Shown here one piece after another: positions 44,859 to 57,300 of a stretch of 64,000 nucleotides of DNA (its first letter is position 1; every line of letters starts with the position of its first letter). The translations under genes and the position numbers were made by a program. This DNA is from Takakia lepidozioides (Eukaryota > Plantae > Bryophyta): contig CM060731.1 in NCBI GenBank assembly GCA_030704615.1, positions 77,252,001 through 77,316,000 on the forward strand. Reading direction: 5' to 3'. A model generated the notes under the pieces. It ran no database searches. It was not told where the DNA came from and worked only from the letters and a program-made list of their open reading frames with translations.

Positions 44859-45397
44859 TTACCCTCACTCCATGTAACCCTCTGTAACCCTCACCAGGTG
44901 TAACCCTCACCACCATTTAACCCTCTATAACACCGCAGAGTGTCACCCTCACCCCCATGTAACCCTCACTCCATGTAACCCTCTGTGACCCTCTATAACC
45001 CTCACCAGGTGTAACCCTCTGTAACTCGTGTATCCCTCTGTAACACCGCAGAGTGTCACCCTCACCCCTATGTAACCCTCACTCCATGTAACCCTCTGTA
45101 ACCCTCACCAGGTGTAACCCTCACCACCATATAACCCTCTGTAACCCATGTAACCCTCTGTAACACCGCAGAGTGTCACCCTCACCCCCATATAACCCTC
45201 ACTCCATGTAACCCTCTGTGACCCTCTGTAACCCTCACCACCATGTAACCCTCTGTAACCCGTGTATCCCTCTGTAACACCGCAGAGTGTCACCCTCACC
45301 CCTATGTAACCCTCACTTTATGTAACCCTCTATAACCCTTTGTAACCCATGTAACCCTCTGTGAACCTCTGTAACCCATGTAACCCTCTGTAACTCT
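44859..45397 (-). repeat. Left subterminal modular array, part 2 (resumes after the insert)
   Basis: Same modules as 42424-43473. Confidence 0.95.
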
Positions 45398-45565
45398 ACC
45401 TCGTGTACATCATACACGTGTAAACTTTGCGACGGCCGAATGGAGGTTGAAATGGAGGCCGAAACCCTAATTTGCTCTCTCCATCTGTTTTCCAGATTCC
45501 TAGCTCGCTCGTTTTTTTGCTTTGGGGCATCAGCTTTCTGCAATTCCCGTGGCGCCCAATCGGCT

Positions 45566-45940
45566 TCACACATCAATGCGAAAGATTTGTAGTTCATTCA
45601 GTTCAGTATCGTCCTCCCAACAACATACAAGACAATGCTTTCCGCGCAGCGATCCGGCAAATCTATTACTACGGTTTCCTCTACGATTGATACGGTTGTC
45701 TCTATCCTTTTTATTTCTCAATATCATTCTTGTTGTTTTGTCACCGTCTGGAAAGGGTTTTGTTTCTTTCGGTCTAGCCATGCAAGCAGCCGCTCATTTG
45801 ACGGGGTGCCCATTCACTCTCCTCTCGTGTATCTTTTGTTCACACACCAGCCGGGGCAGCCTACTCATCGTTATTCTGGATGCAATATGTATCGAATCCT
45901 GCATGTTCTGCAAGCACTGCCAACCGGTTACATGTCTGAT
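45566..45940 (-). pseudogene. Degenerate inverted paralogue of the zinc-finger exon at 46961
   Basis: LAEHAGFDTYC...EQKIHERRVNGHPVK*AAACMARPKETKPFPDGD aligns with EHEHATMIAYC...EVKVDKSRLNRHIVDGTAACMARPKGTKLFPDAE. Confidence 0.65.
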
Positions 45941-45962
45941 GGTTTATATTTCGCTTGTGTGC

Positions 45963-46492
45963 TATGGTTACACACAGGGGGTTACACGGTGTTTTCTTTC
46001 TCAATACATGGTGGCTTGGTAGACGGTTTAGTAATGGAGGTTTAGATGGGGTTGACATATTTGATGGGTTACGTGGATGTTGTGCTCGCGGAGCCACATA
46101 GGCTAGGGTTACATGGGTGGGGCGATACGTTGACCATGTTTACCTGGAGGTTGCATACTAATGGTTTGATATGACAGGGTTACATCGATGTTGTGTTCAA
46201 GACAAGTCTGTCACCAACACTGAAGTGTTATGGTTACACACAGGGGGTTACACGGTGTTTTCTTTCTCAATACATGGTGGCTTGGTAGACGGTTTAGTAA
46301 TGGAGATTTAGATGGGGTTGACATATTTGATGGGTTACGTGGATGTTGTGCTCGCGGAGCCACATAGGCTAGGGCTACATGGGTGGGGCGTTACGTTGAC
46401 CATGTTTACCTGGAGGTTGCATACTAATGGTTTGATATGACAGGGTTACATCGATGTTGTGTTCAGGACAAGTCTGTCACCAACACTGAAGT
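45963..46492. repeat. 266-bp tandem duplication inside the MULE
   Basis: Near-identical copies start at 45963 and 46229 (TATGGTTACACACAGGGGGTTACACGG...CACCAACACTGAAGT). Confidence 0.9.
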
Positions 46493-46960
46493 CTGTCTCC
46501 AACACTGAAGTCACATAGACTAGGGGTACATGAGGTTGTGACGAAGGGTTACATCATATGTGGGTACATGACAGAGGGTTACACTCGACGTGTCTCACAT
46601 GCGGGTAACGGCTGGTTTGTCGCGCTCACAAGTGTAGGGTTACGGTACACTCCGCTATTCCAGGTGACACCGGGATTGCAACTCATATACATGTGAGTCA
46701 GTGCGGATATAATTGATTGCAAGCCGCCAGATTTTAATGAACCGCCGTCTTTCGCTTAACCGACGTGCCTTACGGGTGACATCTAGCTAGCTTCATTCTT
46801 CGTTCTTTGATCATTGTTCAGTTTTTCCCTTCTCGCAGCAGTTTCCTATTCTTCCTGCACTCCTTGTTGTGCGTGCTCCCTGCTGTGCGTTCTTCGGAAT
46901 TCTCTTGGTCTTGTCTTGCTCTTGCTCTTCTCTTCTCTTCTGTCAGCTTGTTCTTTTGCC

Positions 46961-49900
46961 ATGGCTGATTGTTATCTGTTCCCTGAAGAGGCTACTATTC
47001 CATTTGATCACTTGAAGAGGGATGGCGAACGAGTTCGCTTCTGGTACACTGAGCATGAGCATGCTACAATGATCGCGTACTGCCACACCAGGTGTAGAGA
47101 GGCCAAGGTGGAGGGAGCAAAGGGCCGGCCTAAGTTCAAATGTCCTTACTGTGGGGAAGTAAAGGTAGATAAGAGTAGATTGAATCGGCATATTGTCGAT
47201 GGAACGGCCGCATGTATGGCCAGACCGAAAGGAACAAAACTGTTTCCTGATGCGGAGCTCAAGCATGCCATGGTTGTTGAAAATGTGGTGAATTCTGTTC
47301 CAGCTTCTGCTGTTGATGCATATCATGCATGGATTCTGCAAAATATGGTGGCTTTGGGTGAGATTGCAGATCCTATTGAAGTGCCTGCTGTTGTACCTTC
47401 TTTGGCTACTTCTGCTACAGAGGTTCCATCTTCTGGTGCTCATGCTGTTTCTGTCCCTGGTCCTTCTGTTCGGCAGGTTCCTAACGAGAGAGACAAGCGG
47501 TGATTGAGCCCGCCTCTACATGTCCCTATTGCAAAGAAAATCAACATTGGAAACCGGGGAAATCGGAGCTCAAGGTTCATCTTGCGAAAGTGAACTCCAG
47601 GCTCAATCCTTCTGCTACCACATGGCCTTATTCCTCAGTTCCCATTTCCGAAAGTCAATGAGAAGGGGTTTTGGCCGGCATTCCAAGCATTTGTTGCGCG
47701 AGGCGAGGGCGCAGTCCATGCGACAGCTGCAAAATCAAGTTGAGTTCTATCGACGGACAATCAAGTTAGATTCCCTGCCATTTCTCTGTTTTTCAAATTT
47801 CGAGCTGTTGTCTATCCGTGTAACCCTTTGTTTTACCCCCCCCGTCTCTCTTGTGGCGTGTAACCCAGAGTGTAACCCACCTACAGAGGACCCCTTTTAA
47901 AAATCCCTATGGTGTGTAACCCACCTCTGTGTAACCCCGTGTAGCCCACCTTCCTTGTAACCCATTTTTCATGTGTAACCCCTCACGCTGTATTGCGCAA
48001 GGAGCTCGACATCATCTTAGAAGCGATGATATAGAGAGTGTGGTTGATGCCCACAAGGCGTTTACAGCCTAGCCGGATCATGGTCCGTTAATGATAGCGG
48101 AATTGAATCGGGTGAAGGAGTATTTAGAGAGCATAGGGCATCCTGATATGCCAAAGCAGAAAAAGAAAAAAGGTGGAAGACTTACACGGTCCATCGAGAG
48201 AGCCAAGCCTCACATGATGATGACACGATGGACGAACCAGCTCTTGGCAATACCGACCTTGACGATGCCAGAATTTCAAATCCTCTTGTCATCACTATTA
48301 CTATAGATGAAATCGAAGGTTTGGTTGTTCTAGATCCGATGGAATTCACTTGCGATTTTGCGGAAGGATTGATCAGTCAAATGGAGAATCTCACCAAACC
48401 GCACATTGGACCGCCACCACTCCTTTTGAGAATTCTGGCCCACAACGATGTAAGAAATCATGGCAGGTCAGTTTCCCAAACGCATCCCAGGTTGGGGTTC
48501 ACGACTGACCTTCTGGAAAGTGCTCTTACGGTCTCAAAGGTGAAGGACCTGGTCGATGAGAATTACGGTTTTAGTCTGATGTACTTTGCACAACCTGGTG
48601 ACGGAATTGCGACCTTGGATTCTGAGCTCGAGGACTTAAGATCGAGTTTGAGTACAGAAGAGTGGGGTGACATGTCAGTTAAGATCAATGGAGCTATACA
48701 GTTTTGCAAGGCAAGCCGTCGTCGCGCCGCCCACCACTTTGCGATCCATCAGAAAGAATCGTTTATCCAGCTTTGGTGTTGTGGCCTCCTCAGCGAATCA
48801 CCAACAAAAATGGACTTCAATGCGCGTTTGGACATCTAGTATATGAGAGACCTTGGGTCTGTAGTGCCTTGGTATCTCTGTAAGTGTTACTCCATCCACT
48901 GTCACCCCTCTCGTCGTGTAACCCCTTTGTGTGTAATCCTGTAATCAGTGTAACCCTCACTATGTGGAACCCTGTACTCAGTGTAACCCTCGCTGTGTGT
49001 AACCCTGTAATCAGTGTAACCCTCGGAGTATGTAACCCTGTAATCAATGTATCCCTAATGTTACCCCTCGTTGTGTTACCCTAGATTTGTTACCCTCTCG
49101 TTGCGTAATGCAAACTACTGTCTCTAACAGGGTGGTGTAACCCACATCGTCTAATCCGAACCACTGTCTTGTCCTAGTCAGTATAACCCTTACATAGTGT
49201 AACCCTTGCACTTTCAAAAACCTAGTTCCACGACTAAAAACCTTTGTCTTTTCCCCGATGCAGATGAGTCCGAGCTCATGACCAATCAAGTCGCCAATGC
49301 GTTCAAAAACCTTTTTGAGGCTCAACGTGAGCTTCACGAAGTTGTGTATGGGGCCCCTCCACAATGCGATACAGGGGGCGCGCAGACGAGTGATGGGCCC
49401 TCTGTGTTATAGGATGAGGAGATGGTTAAACCTCGTCTTCATTCAATTTCCGCCCCGCAAAGCGACGATGTACATGACGAGGACATCATTCCAAGTCAAT
49501 CTGCCGTTGTATCTTTGTCGCAGGTTGGTGAATTGTACTCAACCCAGCTGCACTTAGGGGTGAACCTAGCAGACTTGATGCGGGATTTGCCCGTGAATTC
49601 TGATACTGATACTGAAGATGATACATCAAGGTGGAACACCCAAGTGCAAACCTCTTTGTCCGCAGCCCCAGTCATTTCTTTTAGAGGTCTTAACCGAAGA
49701 ACCGGGGACCCGCTTGACAGAGTCTGTGTATGACTTTGAATCTGGAGATGCTGGGTTGAACCCTCCATGCAACAATGTAAGTATTTGTGAGGATCATGTG
49801 GTCAACCTCTCTAAGAATGACACTGTTCGAATGATGCAGACCGAAGATCCAAATCATTTCGCGCCACAACATGTCACATTGGAGGAGGTGGTCAGTATTG

Positions 49901-52447
49901 AGGGTGACATTGTCCGGGGGATTGAGCAGACAGACAGTCACCGAGCCTTCGTGGGTCACATTGATGCGGAGGGTGACACTGCAAGGGGAGGAGGCCCTAA
50001 AACCGAGGGTTACACTGCACCTGAGGGTGACACTGCGCAGAAAGGAGCAACAGGGAAGGAGGGTTACACTGCACCTCAGGGTGACACTGCGGATACCGGT
50101 GTGGCTGACACTACTGTGAGGGACATTGTCGTGGGTGACACACCATTGCCCGTGAACACTGCAACTTCCGTTGAGAGTGACATTGACATGGGTTACACTG
50201 GTAGGGGTGACACCCCATAGCCAACCCACATGGCAGATGTCCGTGAGTGTAACACTGCCATGGATGACACTCCACTACCATTAGTCGTGGAGGGTGACAC
50301 TCCTTTGCCATGGCCACTAGTCGTGACGGATGACGCTCTTCCGCTAGTCAACATGGTCTTGGAGGATGACAGTGCGGAGAAGGGCGACACAATCAAGGAT
50401 GGCATTGAGGAGGTTGATGCAAAGAAGAGTGACATTGACATGGGTGACACGGGGAAGGGTGTCACCGAGGAGGTTGTCAGTTGGAAGGGTGACACAGAGC
50501 AGGGTCACACTGAGAAGCGTTTCACTGTGGAGAGTCACGAAGAGAATGATGTTGCGGAGCATCGTGACACTGAGAAGAGTGACACTGCCAAGGGTGACAC
50601 ACATAAGATTGTTACTAAGCAGGGTGACACTAGGAAGGAACCCGATGAGAAGGGTGACACTGCGAAGAGTGACTCTGATAAGGCGGCCAAAGAGAAGGGT
50701 GACACCGAGAACAGTGACATTGAGAAGGTAGCCGAAGAGAAGGGTGACACTGAGATGCGTGACACTGAGGAGGTAGCCGAAGAGAAGGGTGACACTGAGA
50801 AGAGTGACACTGAGGAGATAGCCGAAGAGAACGGTGACACTGAGAAGAGTGACACTGACAAGGTAGCCGAAGAGAAGGGTGACACTGAGAAGCGTGACTC
50901 TGACAAGGGGTCTGAACAAAAGGGTGACACTAACAGGGGCAACACCGAGGAGGTGAGTTGTGACACTTCTGCCCTTGGTCAGTCACCTCCCCAGCACGTC
51001 TCAGACGAGGGAGTGCAGTCTTCAGCACTTGCAGCAAACTCAGAACAAGGCACCTCTGGCCCAGAAATTCCCCCTACCGGCGGCATTGTCACCTCTGGCC
51101 CAGAAATTCTTCCTACTGGCGGCATTGTTAGGGTTGCAGAGAATCCCAGGAGGTCAAAATGGCCGCCTGCTCAAAGAAAGCGGTTGGCTGAACCCCCTAG
51201 CGCTGACAAAGAAGTACATGTTCTTGTCGCACCCAAAAAACAGCGAACCAAATCGAAAGGCAAAAGTGCAGGGGTCTCCGAGGTTGACGTTGTCCAGCAG
51301 CAAGAGGTCCTTGCCAAGCACTTGCGGGAGCGTTCGAGGTACCTCATTGTACTTTGATCCTCTCTGATTGCGAATATTGATTATAACTCTTGTATGATGC
51401 ATCGTAATGTTCGTAATGTGCGGTTTTTTGTGCAGACTAAAACAACGGTACTTGACGAAGTTCAGAATGGTGTCGGACCCTCCTGGGGCGCCCGAAGTGA
51501 AGTTTTATTATGGCAATGTCTTCGTGACTTCTACCCCGTTACAGTTTTACTTGGAAGAGACAGATTTTGAGCCGATGTATAAAATAAGAGCAACTGTCAC
51601 AGATGCATTGCTCTCAGGTTACAACAAACTTCTGGAGGCCAAATTGTTTAAGGCTATCGCACCTGAGTTTGTCATCTGTGCTCCTTTCCAGTGGCATGTC
51701 ATGCGTACCAATTAATGGTAATGATCTGCAGACGCTATTCGGGTTGGTGCAAGAATGGTACACTCAGGATGCCCGAGGGATGGTGTTCACAAAGAATCGA
51801 GATCTTGTGGACGTGGTTGTCATCCCTATTGTCTTCGAGTAAGTAATTTGAGTGTTGACTGATCATGTTGGGTTACACTCCTCTGTTCTACACTGAGTTG
51901 CACTAGTTTGGATTTGCACTGCTGACTAGTTGTGTTACACCGTTTAGAGTTACAGTACAAAGGGTTACACTACTGGGTTACACCACAATGGGTTTCATTG
52001 GAGAGTTTTTTTTCTATTCTGACGTTACGGCTTTGTTTGTGTTGCAGTGATCACTGGAGTGTTGTTGTTTTAGAGCGCCGAGGTCGAATAGTACATTTGG
52101 ACTCCCATAAAACCATTGCCCGACCCAAACTCATTGAAGGAATTTTGCGAAATTTTGCCATAGCGTTCTTTGATTGCATGCCTGGATCTGATGACTTCAG
52201 TTGCGTCATGGAGAGGATGGAATGGTTTAAGGCCAGTGTCCCCCAGCAACGGAGCTGTTGGGAGTGCGGCTATTATGCACTTTGTTTTGTGCAATTTTAC
52301 TTGAAGTGGAAGTTCAATGTGAAAACCACAGAAGATCGAACCCGTCATAGGCGGGCGTTTACTGCAAGTTGGTTCGACGAGTCAACCATGATAGCTTCCC
52401 GTACTCATATGATTAATTGGCTGTTTAACTCTTCTCAATGTAACTAG
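46961..52447 (+). pseudogene. MULE cargo gene: N-terminal CPYC zinc fingers, acidic Gly-Asp-Thr repeat region and C-terminal Ulp1/C48 SUMO-protease domain; disrupted by stops and frameshifts
   Basis: CPYCGEVKVDKSRLNRH....C and CPYCKE...KVHL; KGDTEKSDTEEVAEE repeats; VVVIPIV..DHWSVVVL..IVHLDS..VPQQRSCWECGYY (His-Asp-Cys plus Gln). In-frame TAG codons at 49410 and 50218. Joining these pieces into one gene is inferred. Confidence 0.75.
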
Positions 52448-52542
52448 CAGCAGTGTAGCCCGATCCATGAAACCCCTATTGCATGCAAATTGTAGTGTAA
52501 ATTACTGTGTGACTCAGAACATTGTAACTTCTAGCCGTGTAC

Positions 52543-54053
52543 CTGATAGCATTGATTTCTGCGTCTGCATCGTCGATAACAAAAGCATTTGGCCTCCAAT
52601 CTAGTTTGCTCTGAAGAAGTCGGTCGCGAAGACGTTTCATCCAGGGGCTCAGGTCAGTTGTTTTATTTCTCGCTGATATAATATAAGCAACAGGTATGTC
52701 GTTGAGCCATTCGTCGAACACCATCATGGTATACATTGGGAACTGTAATGTCACAATGGTACAAAAATGAATAAGGTGAGTGTTGTAATATTGGAAATAG
52801 TTGCATGGCACTCACATTTCAGAATGCAATGAAAGGTAAAGCGTGACACGAATACCTTATTTTCGTTGGTCTCAAATGTTGCATCGCAGGATACTACACA
52901 GTTGTGTCCCAGGTCGATCATTTTCTGTTTTTGCCACTCCGTTTGTATTCCAATCACGAACTTCAAATCACCCGCCACTGACGCTGTCTCTTCATGGTAG
53001 AAGAAGACGCTTTCAGGATTGCTATCGATCCACATACGTACACTTTGTGCATCATCTGGATGTTTTTTGTAACTCTCAATCGCAAGCTTGTCGGCAATGT
53101 TTCTCACGTCGTACTTGAACAAGAAACAATCGCGACTCCACTCCATGCCTGGCTGAGACGCACAAGCTTCCTGGAGCTGTTGAGTGTGTTGTGTCATAAT
53201 CATAGCTGGAGATAGGCCACTACGAAGACTATCGACGATCCACTGTTTCATATCTTGGCTGAGACGAGGGGCATGCACGAATCGCGTGAATGGGAAGAGG
53301 GGTCAGCTGAACCATGACATGGTTTTCCTTTTGCATCCACATGCTGTTTCTGGAAGTATGTGATGATTGCCAACTCTGGATCTAGAAAACACTGGCCAAC
53401 TTTGAAGCTATATGTACACCCACGTTTGTATGACTCTCCGAAATCCACTGCCTTACGTCTGATTCGCTTGACTGGTTTTTGATTATCAGAGGCTGCTATC
53501 GGTTTATCTTTCTTCTTCACAATCGGCGGGTCTGTGCACCTATCTACCGGGCCGTAGCAGCAGTGGTACCTGCAAAGAAAGCATACAAAGCGAGGAGGGT
53601 TATCGCCATATACGACTTTGCTAGGCCAGCAGAAAGAAGTGGGGCTGGGAATGTTATACAACCCTCGTAAGTGACTTACTTATGTCACTGACGATAACTG
53701 TTTGCACGCGGTGTCGTCAGATCTGGCAACTCACGGTACCTTCGATCTTGAACATAAAATTGGGTCTTCCCATCCACTCTACTCCTTTCTCCCTCCAGAA
53801 AATCAGGAATGCGAGACCATGGAACGACAGCTACTTTGATGGATATACGTTTCCCTTTTCCGTGGGAAACCTGGCGTATCCAACGGAGGTTTGTGTAATT
53901 GAAAAACCCGTCTATGGGTAGCTGTAGGATGCATTTCAAATGAGATACCAAATGCTGCAAATGACAGAGTTATCCCGCCTCGTCTTTCAAACCATTTGAT
54001 TCCAATGCTGCTTTGCGTTCCTCGTCTAGCACCTTCACGGCAGCACATGCCAT
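52543..54053 (-). pseudogene. MULE transposase of the SWIM-type (At1g60560/At4g13970-like) clade; frameshifted and 3'-truncated
   Basis: VPWSRIPDFLEGE, YHCCYGP, KRGC.YSF, QHVD..G.PCHG, DDAQSVRMW, VFFY, FVIGIQTEWQ, CDATF, PMYTMMVFD..IPVAYII and FVIDDADAEINAIR. There is a frameshift near 53285, and no further exon fits before the convergent Ulp1 stop. Confidence 0.85.
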
Positions 54054-54344
54054 TACCGGCAACAGTACCACCAGTACAGTACAAATCGCAGAACACACAC
54101 GGGCAACACAGCGGAGCCCTCGGGACCGCACGACGTCTGCGCACCTGGTGAAAATGACGCGCGATGATGGAGTTACACGTGGGTTTTGATGTCACCGAAT
54201 CGTGTAACCCAGGTTTGAATTCAAAATATCTGACACCTCTCGGAGCCCGCCAATTTTCGCCGGGCACCAAAGGGCTACACGAACAGGGGTGACATGCGTT
54301 GGGGATAAAGGATGGGGTGACACGAGCTAGGAGTGACACGATCG

Positions 54345-57300
54345 GGTGTTACACGGAGGGGATTGACACAATATCGGGGTTACATGGTGGGGTTACAATG
54401 TGAGAGTTACACAATGAGGGTTACACGAGGCGGAGTTACAAGGGCTGACGTGCAGAGGGTTACAGGGATGATGGGGTTACACGAGGAACAGGAGTTACAC
54501 GGAGAGGGGTACATGGGATAACATGATACAAGCTTGCATTGGGGTTACACGATGCGGGTTACATATGGTGGGGATTACATGGGATCACATAATGAGAGGG
54601 TTACATGATACGGGATAACATGAAATGAGGGTTACACCCCGCGGAAAAACAGAGGATTACATGGGTTACAAATGGTTACAGAGGGTCATGGGGTTACATG
54701 GGTTACAGAAGGTCATAGAGGGTTACATGGAGTGAGGATTACATGGGGGTGAGGGTGACACTCTGCAGTGTTACAGAGGGTAACATGGGTTACAGATGGT
54801 TACATGATGGTGAGGGTTATAGAAGGTCACAGAGGGTTACATGGGTTACAGAGCGTCAAAGAGGGTTACATGGATTACAAAGGGTTACAAAGGGTTACAT
54901 GGAGTGAGGGTTACATAGGGGGTGAGGGTGACACTCTGCGGTGTTACAGAGGGATACACGGGTTACAAAGGGTTACATGGTGGTGAGGGTTACAGAGGGT
55001 CACATAGGGTTACATGGAGTGAGGGTTACATGGGGGTGAGGGTGACACTCTACGGTGTTACAGACGGTTACATGGGTTACAAAGGGTTACATAGAGTGAG
55101 GGTTACATAGGGATTAGGGTGACACTCTGCGGTGTTACAAACGGTTACATGGGTTACAAAGGGTTACATAGAGTGAGGGTTACATAGGGGTTAGGGTGAC
55201 ACTCTGCGGTGTTACAGAGGGTTACACCTGGTGAGGGTTATAGAGGGTCACAGAGGGTTACATAGATTGAGGGTTACATGGGGATAAGGGTAACACTCTT
55301 TAGTGTTATAGAGGGATACACAGGTTACAGAGGGTCACATGGGTTAGAGAGGGTCACAGAGGGTTACATGGAATGAGGGTGACACTCTACGGTGTTACAG
55401 AGTGTTACATGGGTTACAGAGGGTTACATGGTGGTGAGGGTTACACCTGGTGAGGGTTATAGAGGGACACAGAGGGTTACATGGAATGAGGGTTATATGG
55501 GGGTGAGGGTGACACTCTACGGTGTTACAGAGGGTTACATGGATTACAGAGGGTTACATGGTGGTGAGGGTTATACCTAGTGAGGATTATAGAGGGTCAC
55601 AGAGGGTTACATGGAGTGAGGATTACATGGGGGTGAGGGTGACACTCTGCGGTATTACAGAGGGATACACGGGTTACAGAGGGTTACATGGGTTACAGAG
55701 GGTCACAGAGGGTTACATGGACTGAAGGTGACACTCTGCGGTGTTACAGCGGGTTACATGGTGGTGAAGGTTACACCTGGTGAGGGTTATAGAGGGTCAC
55801 AGAGGGTTACATGGGGGTGAGGGTGACACTCTGCGGTATTATAGAGGGATACACGGGTTACAAAGGGTTACATGGGTTATAGAGGGTCACACAGGGATGG
55901 AGTGAGGGTGATACTCTACAGTGTTATAGAGGGCTAGATGGGTTAGAGAGGGTTACATGGTGGTGAGGGTTACACCTGGTGAGGGTTACAGAGGGTCACA
56001 TGGGTTACAAAGGGTTACAAAGGGTTACATGGAGTCAGGGTTACAAAGCGGTGAGGGTGACATTCTGCGGTGTTACAGAGGAATACACGGGTTACAAAGG
56101 GTTACATGGTGGTGAGGGTTACACCCGGTGAGGGTTACAGAGGGTCACAAAGGGTTACATGGAGTGAGGGTAACATGGGGGTGAGGGTGACACTCTGCGG
56201 TATTACAGACGGTTACATGGGTTACAGAGGGTAACATGGTGGTGAGGGTTACATCTAGTGGGGGTTAAAGAGGGTTACATGGAGTGAGGGTTACATAGGG
56301 ATTAGGATGACACTCTGCGGTGTTACAGAGGGTTACATGGGTTACAGAGGGTTACATGGTGATGAGGGTTACACCTGGTGAGGGTTATAGAGGGTCACAG
56401 AGGGTTACATAGAGTGAGGGTTACATGGGGGTGAGGGTAACACTCTTTAGTGTTATAGAGGGATACACGGGTTATAGAGGGTTACATGGGTTAGAGAGGG
56501 TCACAAAGGGTTACATGGAGTGAGGGTGACACTCTGCGGTGTTAAAGAGTGTTACATGGGTTACAGAGGGTTACATGGTGGTGAGGGTTACACCTGGTGA
56601 GGGTTATAGAGGGTCACAGAGGGTTACATGGAGTGAGGGTTATATGGGGGTGAGGGTGACACTCTACGGAGTTACAGAGGGTTACATGGGTTATATAGGG
56701 TTACATGGTGGTGAGGGTTATAGAGGGTCACAGAGGGTTACATGGAGTGAGGATTACATGGGGGTGAGGGTGACACTCTGCGGTGTTATAGAGGGATACA
56801 CGGGTTACAGAGGTTACATGGGTTACAGAGGGTCACAAAGGGTTACATGGACTGAGGGTGACACCCTGCGTTGTTACAAAGGGTTACATGGGTTACAGAG
56901 GGTTTCATGGTAGTGAGGGTTATAGAGGGTCACAGGGTTACATGGAGTGAGGGTTACATGGGGGTGAGGGTGACACTCTGCGGTGTTACAGAGGGATACA
57001 CGGGTTACAGAGGGTTACATGGGTTACAGAGGGTCACAGAGGGTTATATGGAATGAGGGTGACACTCTGCGGTGTTATAGAGGGTTACATAGGTTATAGA
57101 GGGTTACATGGTGGTGAGGGTCACAGAGGGTTGCATTAGGGTTACACGACGTGGGTTACATATGGTGGGGATTACATGGGATCATATAATGGGAGGGTTA
57201 CATGATGTGGGATAACAGGGAGTGAGAGTTACACCCCGCGGAGTAACAGAAGGTCATGGGGTTATATGGGTTATAGAGGGTCATAGAGGGTTACATGGAG

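Noticed and set aside
42424-45397. True telomere or chromosome-fusion scar
   Set aside because: The repeat is not TTTAGGG, the arrays are enclosed by TIR tips and a TSD, and ordinary sequence continues on both sides.
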